A stretch of DNA of 64,000 nt from Simkaniaceae bacterium (GTDB lineage: Bacteria > Chlamydiota > Chlamydiia > Chlamydiales > Simkaniaceae): contig JBFWSA010000004.1 in NCBI GenBank assembly GCA_050248615.1, positions 1 through 64,000 on the forward strand. Direction: 5' to 3'. Shown here piece after piece: positions 1 through 10,000 of this stretch. Numbering within the stretch: the first letter of the stretch is position 1; every line of letters begins with the position of its first letter. The translations under genes were made by a program, and so were the position numbers. The notes under the pieces are model-generated. The model had not been told where the DNA came from. It did no database searches and worked only from the letters and a program-made list of their open reading frames with translations.

Positions 1-1246
1 AGGGCAAGGGCAACAACAGCAACAAAATCCTGCATCGCCTGTGCCCCCACCCCAACAAAGGCAAGCCCCTTCTGGACAACCCCCACCTACGGGCGCCCCC
101 TTTTATGAAGGGTTAGCAGCGGAACAACCCGAAAAACAACCCACTCCCCCTTCCGAGCAGCAAGATTACACAACAACAGAAAGTCAACCCACGCAACAAG
201 TAGAGACCTCCCCCGAAAGTCAACAAGGAGACGAGCAGCCTCCTTCAAAGAAAGAACAACCTTCCGACACCTCACTCCTTGCATCCCAACCCAAACTCAG
301 TGAACTGCGCGTCAAAAAGAAAACCAAAAAAACAAAACCTGCTCCCGAAGAAAAAATAGTTTCTTCCCCTGCTAAAAAAGATGAGGTAACTCCCCTCAAA
401 AAGGGTGAAGAAGGAGTTCTTCAAGAAGGACCCGTAGAAAAGACGGGACAAAGTCCTTTAACTGGTCCACAAAAGGGAGAAGAGAGTGATCAAACGGGAA
501 TGGAAATTTCCGACTCAGGAGTCCCCAGTGGGGCAACTTTTGAGATGGGGCAAGAAGCTCCTCTGATCGAAGGGACTCCCCTAAAAGGAGCTTCCAGAGA
601 AGAAGGACCTTTTCGCAAAATGTCTCCTGACGAAGTGCGCAGAGAGCGGATGCAAACAGCTAAAGCAAAAGCAGAAGGTCAAGCTGCTATTGAAGGGGTT
701 CCCGTTTCAGGGGCTGAAGAAAGTGAGGGCATGGGGAAAAAAGGAGAGAAGAAAGAGGACGAGGGGAATTTCCTTGAAGCCAGCGAACTCACCGCGAGTA
801 TCACCCTTCCCCTTTCTGAAATGCCCCTTAGTCCCATCACCCCTTCCGAAACCACTCCTACCTATACAAGGCTCACTCCCGAAGTATTTGAACTATTCGA
901 ACGCATGGGAGGAGTAATGATCATCCAGCAAAGTACCGGGGTCACAACCACAACGATGACCCTCAATATGCCCGACTCTATCTTCAATGGGGCAGAGATC
1001 ATTCTCAATAGATACAGCACAGCCCCGAATGCTTTTAACATTCAACTGGTAGGAAGCCCAGAAGCTGTCAAAGTCTTTCAGCAAAATATCACACAATTGG
1101 AGCAAGCTTTTAAGCAAGCCAATTACGATTTCGAAGCGAATATCTTAAATCCCATTCTCACCTCCAGCAGAAAATCCCCGCATCAAATTAAGCGAAAAGG
1201 TGCCGCAGGCGATAAAGAGGGTGGAGGAGGCAAGAAGCAACAATAA
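1..1246 (+). CDS. T3SS CdsP/CT671-like (SctP/FliK-type ruler) protein, 5' end outside the window
   Basis: Frame is open from base 2, so the GTG at 41 is not the true start. Long P/Q/E/K-rich disordered region, then a ~100-aa C-terminal domain (FNGAEI...TAPNAFNIQLVG). Lies upstream of sctQ-pkn5-sctC, the position of CT671/cdsP in Chlamydia. Confidence 0.65.
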   Translation, partial: GQGQQQQQNPASPVPPPQQRQAPSGQPPPTGAPFYEGLAAEQPEKQPTPPSEQQDYTTTESQPTQQVETSPESQQGDEQPPSKKEQPSDTSLLASQPKLSELRVKKKTKKTKPAPEEKIVSSPAKKDEVTPLKKGEEGVLQEGPVEKTGQSPLTGPQKGEESDQTGMEISDSGVPSGATFEMGQEAPLIEGTPLKGASREEGPFRKMSPDEVRRERMQTAKAKAEGQAAIEGVPVSGAEESEGMGKKGEKKEDEGNFLEASELTASITLPLSEMPLSPITPSETTPTYTRLTPEVFELFERMGGVMIIQQSTGVTTTTMTLNMPDSIFNGAEIILNRYSTAPNAFNIQLVGSPEAVKVFQQNITQLEQAFKQANYDFEANILNPILTSSRKSPHQIKRKGAAGDKEGGGGKKQQ

Positions 1247-1339
1247 ACATCTACAACTATCTATAGTCTTGCAATCAAAATCTTAAATCCTTATGTTTGT
1301 TGCTGTGGGCAAGCGTATCCCAAATGATAAGGAACAAAC

Positions 1340-2008
1340 ATGGTGCTGGAAACCTCTCCAACAGTTAAAGAATCCCCTAGAAATGAGTCCCCTAAAGAGG
1401 AAATTAAAGAACCCAAACACTCTTTTCGAGAGGTGATGGCTACCAGACAAGTGCCCCATTTTCCCAATCGCCACACCAATATCTTTGATATCGCTGCAAA
1501 GGGTAATAAAAAAAACAAACCCCAAGAGCAGAGAAAAAATCTCGATCCCACTTGTCCAGGGCAGGTTCAGGAAAAACACACGCCCCATGAAGCGCAAACA
1601 GAGCTCCTCTCTCCTCTATCTGAAGTGAAGGGACTCTCTCTTGAAATGCGTGCCCTGCTCGATAAGATGGCAGACTATGTCCAATTAGAAAGTCATAATG
1701 GTGTTTCAACCACAACTGTTTCTGTAGAGATGAAGGAAGGCCTTTCTTGCTTTAATGGCTCAGAAATCCGGATCGAACACTATGACACAGCCCCCCATGC
1801 TTTCAACATCCAATTGACCGGTAATACGGAAGCTGTTGAGATCTTTGCACAGCATTTAGCCTCTTTGCAAGTCGCCCTGCAGCAAAGGCTTGAACACTTT
1901 CATATTCAACTCCTTCCTCCGATTTTAAGCGAAAAAATGCAACCCTTTGAGTCTTATAAAAAAGAACGTAAAAAACACATGCACACAGAAAAACCACAAA
2001 AGCGGTGA
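1340..2008 (+). CDS. Second, shorter CdsP/CT671-like paralog
   Basis: C-terminal domain aligns by eye with the previous ORF (GVSTTTV...FNGSEI...YDTAPHAFNIQLTG...LPPIL vs GVTTTTM...FNGAEI...YSTAPNAFNIQLVG...LNPIL). AAGGA RBS before the ATG. Confidence 0.65.
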   Translation: MVLETSPTVKESPRNESPKEEIKEPKHSFREVMATRQVPHFPNRHTNIFDIAAKGNKKNKPQEQRKNLDPTCPGQVQEKHTPHEAQTELLSPLSEVKGLSLEMRALLDKMADYVQLESHNGVSTTTVSVEMKEGLSCFNGSEIRIEHYDTAPHAFNIQLTGNTEAVEIFAQHLASLQVALQQRLEHFHIQLLPPILSEKMQPFESYKKERKKHMHTEKPQKR

Positions 2009-2066
2009 GTTTTTCCTTCCTAATTTGAGAGAAATGACATATCTTGTGGGTTAAGAATAAATAGAA

Positions 2067-3230
2067 TTGTATCGTATGAATACCCCTTCAGGAAGTTGGA
2101 TTAAACACATTGAATCTCTGATTGTTCAGTCTCAAGACGTCCCCATGTGGGGATCCGTTCCCTCTTTCCCCTGGAAAGCTTTCACCAAAGAGCTGGGAGT
2201 AGCGCTCGGTGGAAAAAAAATCAAGATCTCTCCCGGAAGTTGTGAATGGAAAAAAGGGAGCACCATCCTTTCGGGACTGGGAAGAAGCCCCTTGCAGTTG
2301 GCGGTCGAATTTTCCCCTCTAAAAGGGAGTTTTTCCGTTGTTTTTCCCTCAGAAGACTTTTCAAAGCTCTCTTCGTGGGTCATTCATCCGGAAGCAAAAA
2401 ATGAAGGCTTTTCTGATCCCTATCTTCAAAAGGGATTTTTTCGTTACCTTTGTTTAGAGGCCCTCACAACGCTCACGCGGATGCAAGTTTATCGGGGGCT
2501 CACGCCAAAACTGATTGAGATGCCTCTTGCTAAAGAAGATGCTTACTGCATCGATATTGCGATTGAACACGGAGAGGAAACGATTTGGGGACGGATCATT
2601 TGCCCCTCCCTTTTTCAAGAAAGCTTTAAAACCCATTTCATGCAAGACTGGAACTTTTCTCTTCCCTCCCATCTCTATCCAGAGATCTTTTTAGACCTCA
2701 GCTTATCTGTGGGAGAAACAAAACTTTCCCAAAAGTCTTGGTTGAATATAGGTGAGGGAGACTTCCTCCTTTTGGATTTCTGCTCTTATTACCCTAACTT
2801 GAAGAAAGGGACCTTCCAACTGGAATTTAATCATATCCCCCTCTTCCAGGTAAAACCTAAAGAAGAAAGTATTAAAATACTCGATTATGCACACTACTTT
2901 GAGGAAAATAAAATGAGCGACGAAAATTTTGAGGAACCCTTTAGCGAGGTAGGAGAAGAGACCTCCATGGAATCTGTCTCCCTAGAAGAACCCCCTCAAG
3001 AACAGATGCTTTCCCCTAAAAAAGTCCCCATCTCTCTCACTGTTGAAGTGGCAAAAATGCGTATCAATTTAGATACTCTTCTCAAGCTAAAACCTGGAAA
3101 CATTTTAGAACTTGGCGTTCAGCCAGAAAAAGGGGTCAATCTTGTTGCCAACGGAAAGTGTGTGGGTAAGGGTGAACTCGTTCAAGTGGGAGATGTGATC
3201 GGCGTTAAAATCACAAAGCTTGGCTCATAA
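2067..3230 (+). CDS. sctQ: T3SS sorting-platform/C-ring protein SctQ (CdsQ)
   Basis: C-terminal SpoA/FliN domain (VPISLTVEV...LKPGNILEL...GKGELVQVGDVIGVKI) and locus context. Start may be the ATG at 2076. Confidence 0.9.
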   Translation: MYRMNTPSGSWIKHIESLIVQSQDVPMWGSVPSFPWKAFTKELGVALGGKKIKISPGSCEWKKGSTILSGLGRSPLQLAVEFSPLKGSFSVVFPSEDFSKLSSWVIHPEAKNEGFSDPYLQKGFFRYLCLEALTTLTRMQVYRGLTPKLIEMPLAKEDAYCIDIAIEHGEETIWGRIICPSLFQESFKTHFMQDWNFSLPSHLYPEIFLDLSLSVGETKLSQKSWLNIGEGDFLLLDFCSYYPNLKKGTFQLEFNHIPLFQVKPKEESIKILDYAHYFEENKMSDENFEEPFSEVGEETSMESVSLEEPPQEQMLSPKKVPISLTVEVAKMRINLDTLLKLKPGNILELGVQPEKGVNLVANGKCVGKGELVQVGDVIGVKITKLGS

Positions 3231-3245
3231 ATCGGTGGTCGTTAG

Positions 3246-4865
3246 GTGGTGACTAAGCAAGAGTTTCATAAACAATCAACTCTTCCGAACCTAACAGCAG
3301 GGCAAGGGGCTCTTCTTGGAGAGATGCCGAAAAAAATTGGCCCTTATAAAATCGAAACCCAGCTCAGCAAGGGGGGAATGAGTTTTCTCTATCTCGGCCT
3401 TCATCCTCAAAATAATACCCCCGTTGCCATCAAAGTTCTCTCTCCTCGCTATATGACCCATCCCGAGATGGTTTCTCAATTCCTTAAAGAGGCCGAAATT
3501 ATCGCTCTAACGGATCATCCCAATATCATCAAACTTTATGGACAAGGGGAATGGGAAAACGGCCTTTATATCGCTATGGAATTTATTCAAGGCATTTCCT
3601 TGAAACAATTCATCATGCAACAAAACCTTTCAATTCGTAGCAGTCTGGAGATCATCCTTCAAGTTTCCTATGCTTTGCTTCACCTCCATACTCATGGAGT
3701 GATCCACCGTGACTTAAAACCCGAAAATATTTTAATCACAGAACAGGGGGGAGTGAAAGTAATCGACTTCGGGATCGCCCAGATCAGCCAGGAAGGAAAT
3801 CACCCGTTCACCTTTAAGCAAGGGCAATTTTTAGGAACTCCTAGCTACATGAGCCCCCAGCAGAAAAAAGATCCACTCCGCGTGACGTTTGCAACCGATA
3901 TTTACTCTTTAGGGGTTGTCGCCTTCGAGCTCTTAGTGGGAAAGTTGAGTTTTGGAAATATCCAACTCTCTCTTCTCCCTAAAGAGCTGCAAAAAATTGT
4001 GAAAAAAATGTTAGAGCCCAGCTTAGAAGACCGTTACCAAGACGTTGTTGACCTCATCACGGATATTACGCATTACTTAAGATCTGAAAGCTTCAATAAA
4101 AAACCAGGGTCCGCAAAAGAAGTCAAAGAGGTATGGGAACACTTAGAAGAAAGCCACCGAGAGCTCCTCCTTGAAACCCTTCCAAAATGGAGCGCTTTTG
4201 ATATTGGAATGGCTAAACCCGATCGAGATACTGACCTCGGCTCATACTATAATTTTATGCGCTTTGCCGATCAGTCTTACTTAATTGTCCTGGCAGAGTA
4301 TATGCAATCCAGTTTGCAAGGCCTCTCCTACTCGGGAGTGCTTAAAGGAATGGTCCAAACCTTAACCCGGGAATATCTCACGAATGAAACCCTTTCTTTT
4401 CAGCCCATCGCCTTCATCACAGCGCTCAATGAAATGCTCTCCTCTCCTAAAAAGAAAAACCATTTTCTTTTTCAACTCCTTTATCTCACCCCTCTAGATA
4501 ACCAATTTTCCTTCATCTCTTGTGGATGTGGCTCTTTAATGCATCTGGGGGTCGGAACAAAAGCGCCCCGTTTTCTTGCAAACCAAAACCCCCCATTGGG
4601 AGAAAATCCTCATCATGGCTTCTATGAGACAACGGAAAATTGGAAAGAAGGAGATCTATTGATTGCCCACTCTTTTGATAGTGAATTCTCCAATGAAAAG
4701 CATGGGACTGAATTTGAAGAAGCATTAAAATCTATTGTGGGACAACACCTGCAGCTCTCGGCACAATCTCAGGCAGAAGCAATTTTAAACAAAATCGCTC
4801 AAACCTTTCCCACGCTCGTTGACTCCTCCCCCAAAACGCTTCTTTCCATTCAACGCATTGTATAA
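3246..4865 (+). CDS. pkn5: Ser/Thr protein kinase Pkn5 with degenerate C-terminal SpoIIE/PP2C-like domain
   Basis: Hanks motifs VAIK, HRDLKPEN, DFG, GTPSYMSP. Sits between sctQ and sctC as chlamydial pkn5 does. Confidence 0.85.
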   Translation: MVTKQEFHKQSTLPNLTAGQGALLGEMPKKIGPYKIETQLSKGGMSFLYLGLHPQNNTPVAIKVLSPRYMTHPEMVSQFLKEAEIIALTDHPNIIKLYGQGEWENGLYIAMEFIQGISLKQFIMQQNLSIRSSLEIILQVSYALLHLHTHGVIHRDLKPENILITEQGGVKVIDFGIAQISQEGNHPFTFKQGQFLGTPSYMSPQQKKDPLRVTFATDIYSLGVVAFELLVGKLSFGNIQLSLLPKELQKIVKKMLEPSLEDRYQDVVDLITDITHYLRSESFNKKPGSAKEVKEVWEHLEESHRELLLETLPKWSAFDIGMAKPDRDTDLGSYYNFMRFADQSYLIVLAEYMQSSLQGLSYSGVLKGMVQTLTREYLTNETLSFQPIAFITALNEMLSSPKKKNHFLFQLLYLTPLDNQFSFISCGCGSLMHLGVGTKAPRFLANQNPPLGENPHHGFYETTENWKEGDLLIAHSFDSEFSNEKHGTEFEEALKSIVGQHLQLSAQSQAEAILNKIAQTFPTLVDSSPKTLLSIQRIV

Positions 4866-4868
4866 ATA

Positions 4869-6002
4869 ATGAATAGATGTTTGTTTTTAATCCTTTTTCT
4901 TTCAGTTTCCTGTTTTGGCGAAGGTTTGGAAGAATTTAACTCTTTTCAAAGGCAACTCTCAAAGGAATATGTAACACAGAAAATCCGCCATTTTCTTCAG
5001 GGTTCGAAAGAAATTGAAAACTACTTTGAAATTGAAGAACACGCCCTCATCCTCTTTGCTTCTCCAGAAGATAAAAAGAAAGGAAATGCTGAGTACCAAC
5101 TCTTCTTTGGTGAGGCTCCTTTTTTTGAGCAAAAAAAATCCCTTAAGACGCTATCGCATGCTAAGATTGCTATCGATCCGGGCCACTTTGGGGGGAAATT
5201 TGCCCCCTTAGAAGAGCGGTATGTCGAAATGGAACATAATGGACACCTCCTCCGTTTCGATGAAGGAACCCTCTCTTTTCTCACTGCCCTTCACCTCAAA
5301 GCGCTTCTAGAAGGAGAAGGGGCCTCTGTGTTTTTATCCCGAAAAGGGATCGGTGAGGGGGCCTTCCCCGAAGACTTTTTCGATTGGCTGAAAAAACATC
5401 CCGAACTCTGGGAAAAAGGGGTCCCTCTCTCTACGATTTTTCTCCGCCATTATAACCGCCTAGATCTTAGAGAAAGAGCAAGAATCATTAATCTGTATCA
5501 ACCGGATTTAACCATCCTTATCCATTACAATGCGATCGATTCTGAATTACCCCATTCGAACCAGACCAAGCCTACGTTGCAAAACTTTAATCTCGTCTTT
5601 ATTCCTGGTAGCTTTTCCCAAGGTGAGCTTGCTTCTCCAGAAGACCGGTACCATTTTCTTAGACTCATCTGCACCCAAGATCTAGAACACTCTTTCACTC
5701 TTGCTAAAACCCTTGTGAAATCGTTCACAACTTATCTAAATGTTTCCCCACTCAAACCCCATCCCTATCCTGAATATGGGAGCCCCCTCTCTTTAGCAGA
5801 GGGAGTGTTTTCCCGGAATCTCTGCTTGACCAGACTCATCAAAGGCCCTCTCTGCTATGGAGAAACACTCATTCAAAACAACCTTCAAGAAGCGTTAGCT
5901 CTCAGTGGACAAGAAACCACAGTTCAGGGAATTCCCTGCCCCCAGAGAGTCGTGGAAGTATCCCAAGCTTACTTTGAAGCGATTTGCTCATTTTTCAAAT
6001 GA
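4869..6002 (+). CDS. N-acetylmuramoyl-L-alanine amidase (Amidase_3 family), exported
   Basis: Signal peptide; IAIDPGH, DE, ERARIIN...PDLTILIHYNA and late GE motifs match the zinc ligands and catalytic Glu of Amidase_3. Confidence 0.8.
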   Translation: MNRCLFLILFLSVSCFGEGLEEFNSFQRQLSKEYVTQKIRHFLQGSKEIENYFEIEEHALILFASPEDKKKGNAEYQLFFGEAPFFEQKKSLKTLSHAKIAIDPGHFGGKFAPLEERYVEMEHNGHLLRFDEGTLSFLTALHLKALLEGEGASVFLSRKGIGEGAFPEDFFDWLKKHPELWEKGVPLSTIFLRHYNRLDLRERARIINLYQPDLTILIHYNAIDSELPHSNQTKPTLQNFNLVFIPGSFSQGELASPEDRYHFLRLICTQDLEHSFTLAKTLVKSFTTYLNVSPLKPHPYPEYGSPLSLAEGVFSRNLCLTRLIKGPLCYGETLIQNNLQEALALSGQETTVQGIPCPQRVVEVSQAYFEAICSFFK

Positions 6003-6006
6003 TCTA

Positions 6007-6885
6007 CTAAATATCGTAAAAATCTTTCGCATTTTGGTAGAAAAGTTTCCGTTGGACTTTAAGGTCGTAGACACTCAGCGCTTCTTTCATCGACTCCATG
6101 AGCTGATTATAGGTTAGAAAGAGGGTGTCTGGAGGAACATTGCTTCCAAAAAAACACCGATCCTCTCCAAATATCTCTACTCCCGCGCGTAGAAACCGGG
6201 AGATATTTTCTTGATCTAGCGTTTTAAAAATAAGACCGATTCCACTCAGTTTTAAATGAGTATTAGGATAGCTAGATAGGAGAGACATCTCCTCCTTCCA
6301 CTTACTAAATCCCCCATCGGAAAGGTCCTCAGGCCATCCCAGATGATCTAACACAAAAAGAATATCATCATGCTCTTTTACAACTTTTGCAATCTGGGAA
6401 AGTTGATGTCCAAAAAAACATAGATCAAACGTTAAGTTTTGCTTGGCTAAAGCAGCAAACCCTCGATGCCAATGAGGATCGGAGGGAAGATCTGAGTCAA
6501 AAAGAACCTGTCGAATCCCCCGAACATTGGGGAACTGACAGTGGTCTTTAATCACATTTTCAATATCAGGATCTCTTAAATCTGCAAAGGGAACAATCGC
6601 ATGAGGAAATCCATGACTATCTGCAATTTTCTGTAACCACTTTGTTTCCTGAAGAGCTTGTTTCACCAATCCATTCGCTTCTAAATGGACACATTTAGTG
6701 ACATGATGGGGTTTGATAAGGGCTTGATAATCATCAATCAGAAAATTTTTCCGAATTTTTTCAAGACTCCCCAGCTGTTTTTTAAACGCGTGCTCCTTTT
6801 GCATTAGCCAGGGATAATCTCCATGAGATAAATCCCATAAATGCATATGCGCATCGATTATTTCTTCACTATACAATTTTATCAT
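6007..6885 (-). CDS. Amidohydrolase_2 family protein (lactonase-like)
   Basis: IIDAHMHLW, VRGIRQ, VLDHLGWP, LKLSG and FFGSNVP motifs. Confidence 0.85.
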   Translation of the reverse strand: MIKLYSEEIIDAHMHLWDLSHGDYPWLMQKEHAFKKQLGSLEKIRKNFLIDDYQALIKPHHVTKCVHLEANGLVKQALQETKWLQKIADSHGFPHAIVPFADLRDPDIENVIKDHCQFPNVRGIRQVLFDSDLPSDPHWHRGFAALAKQNLTFDLCFFGHQLSQIAKVVKEHDDILFVLDHLGWPEDLSDGGFSKWKEEMSLLSSYPNTHLKLSGIGLIFKTLDQENISRFLRAGVEIFGEDRCFFGSNVPPDTLFLTYNQLMESMKEALSVYDLKVQRKLFYQNAKDFYDI

Positions 6886-7055
6886 TCTTTTCTCCGACCG
6901 ATTTCCCTATCATAAAAATCACAATACTGATTTAATGGACTATTAACACACACGTGCTTTTTTGGATGGGTGAAATCCTTTGCATCACAAAAAACTCTAT
7001 AAAAAATTGATGCAGAGTAATTCCCATCTTTGATATGAAATAAGATTTTTCAATA

Positions 7056-10000
7056 ATGATAAAATACGTGATGAATAGAAAGCCCTCTCTCCTCCTGTTC
7101 ACTCTCTTGCACTTATGTGTTTCCACCATTTCATCTCCTGTTTTTGCCGACACCCCTAATCAAAAAATCAAATGGGCAGAAAAAACCCAACCTGAACCCC
7201 CCATCATTCCTCCAGACACCTCTCCCGGTTATACGATCAACTTCGATAATGTGTCGATCATCGAATACATCAAGTTTATCAGCAAAATCAGCGGAATGAA
7301 TTTTATCTATGACGAGACAGATCTTACTTTTAACGTGACTATTGTTTCTGAAGAACCGACAAAACTTGTCAATGTGATGTCAGCACTGATCCAAGTCTTG
7401 AGAATCAATGGCTTTGATTTGATTGAACAAGGGAACAACTTAGTCATCAGTAAAACAGGTGCGATCAAGCAACTTGCCACTGTTGTCTCTCAAGAAGCTC
7501 CCATCGAGGGAAGTGTGATTCCCCCTATTATGACCCGCGTATTTAAAGTAAAAAATGCCAACCCGATGATTTTGGCTGGGCTCGTCCGCCCTTTACTTTC
7601 AGATAATGCGGTTGTAGAGGTTTCTGAAGAAACGCGCCACCTCATCATCACAGATATCACGCAAAACATCGAACAGATCCAGCGCCTATTCTTAAGCCTA
7701 GATATCCCGATCCCTTCACTCGAAATTGACGCCTATCGCGTCCTCAATAATTCTCCAGACACTCTTGTCTCCTTAGTCACTCAAATTCTCACGCCCATTT
7801 CTGAAGGGAACCCTCTGATTTTTGTAGCACAAGACTCCACTAACTCGATTTTTATTGTTTCCACACCCTTCCTCACTGAAAAAGCTATTGAAATTCTTAG
7901 AGATCTCGATACCCCCCCGTCTCTAACGCAGCGTTTCAGCGGACCCATTACAGGGAAAAATGTTCTCATCTATCACATCATGAATAAGCCTGCCGATATT
8001 CTTCAAAGTGCAATTAAGCAAATCGAAAGCAACCTAGCCCAAATGGGCCCCGCATCTGCAGATATCACGCAAACACTGAACACCATGAAATTCATCCGCG
8101 AGAGCCATTCCCTCCTGTTCACAGGAACAGAACAATCCCTCGCTGAAGTGCGCTCCATTTTAGAAGATCTCGATACCCCTTACACTCAGCAAGAACTCGA
8201 ATACGTCCGGGGTGAATACTACTTCTATAAGATCCAGTATGGAGATGAAACGCAAATTGCCCGAGCACTCGAAAAATTCTTGGAAAACTTAAAAAAGTCT
8301 CCTTACATGAATAAAGATTTAATCGATACGATTGAATCGATGAAATGGATCAAGGAAAATGACTCCTTACTGTTTACGGGAGATCAAAAATCTTTAGACC
8401 AGATCAAAAAACTCCTCCCCTCTCTTGACGTTCCCCCAAATGTTGGTAAAAAAGCTTCTAAAATCCCTCTCAGCAGTGATTTTTACTCTTATTCTCCTAG
8501 CAATTTGACACCTCAAGAACTTCTCAAACAGGTACAGGATTACTACAAAAGCTTGAAGGAATCGGATTTATCCGACGCAGCCTTTATGCATGCCCTCGCT
8601 TCAGCTAAAATTGTTCCCTCTTCAAATGCGGTTGTTTTCACCGGCGATCCAGCCTCTCTTGCCCATATCCAAGAGCTCGTGATATCCATGGATAAACCTT
8701 CAGGCATTGTAGAGCAAGAGATGCATGTCTATGTTTATAAAATCCAGTATGTCGATCCCGAATACGTTGAAAGCTCCCTACAAAAGCTCGGGAAATCGGT
8801 TCCTTCTACTGACCCTCTAGCTCAAACGATCGACAATATGAAATACATCCCCGAATCCAATACACTCGTCTTTAGAGGACCTCCTTCTGCGATCAATCAC
8901 ATCAAACTCATTCTTCCCACGCTGGACAATGCCGAAACAGCTAAAGTAGAACAGGAACATAAACCTACATACCTTGTTTACTCCCTCCAAAATGCCCCCG
9001 GAAACGAAGTATTAAAAGAGCTAGAACAGACAGCCAAAACAATCAAACCGAATACAGCAGCAAACAAAGCTCTGATTGAGTCGATTAAAAATGTCAAGTG
9101 GATTGAGTCTACAAACTCCTTGATCCTTACAGGAACTCCCCCAGTGATTCAACACTTGGAACAGATTATCGCCAAGTTTGATATTCCCCGCCCAGAACAA
9201 CAAAAATCCTCCTCATTCTATGTTTACAAACCCCAAGGGATTAGTGCCAAAGAGTTCTTAAAGCGCGTGAATACTGCTGCGAAAGAAATGGAAACTGCTG
9301 GACTTGCTGACAATGCTCTGATCAAAACCATGGAATCGGGAACTCTTGTTTCGAATAATACCGCAGTCATGTTCACTGGAACCCCTGATGGGATCGAAAA
9401 ACTTAAAGCTGTCCTCCAAACCTTTGATACATACAAAGAAGAGCAACCCAAAACAAGTCAATTCTATATCTATAAACCTAGTTCCATATCCGCTGAACAA
9501 CTGCAAAAAGACTTTATAGCTGCTGCCAAACAAATGGAAAAATCGGGACTTCAAGATCCTGAGCTGATCGATGCTATGGAATCTGCAAAGGCAGAAAAAG
9601 GGCGGGTCTTATTTACAGGAACACCGGATGCCATTGATAAAATCAAAGTGATGGCTCGGATCTATGATACAGAAGAAGGTGTAGAAAAAAATTCTGAATA
9701 TTATATTTTTAGACCCGTCAATCAATCCCCTCAATCGGTTGTTGAACAGGCTCAGCACACTGCAGCTGAAATGAAAGACTCAGGTTATGCAGATCCCAAT
9801 GTCATGAAAGCCCTCCAGTCCGCTTCCATTGTCTCCAAAGGGACGGGTGTTCTTTTTACTGGAACTCCCAGTGCAATTGCGCAAATTAAAACCATTGCTC
9901 CGACGTTTGATTCAGAATCTGCCCCCGCGGTCTCTCAGTTTTTTGTTTATCAGCCTCAACACATCTCTGCTGATGCCCTTAGAGAACATGCCCGCAAAGT

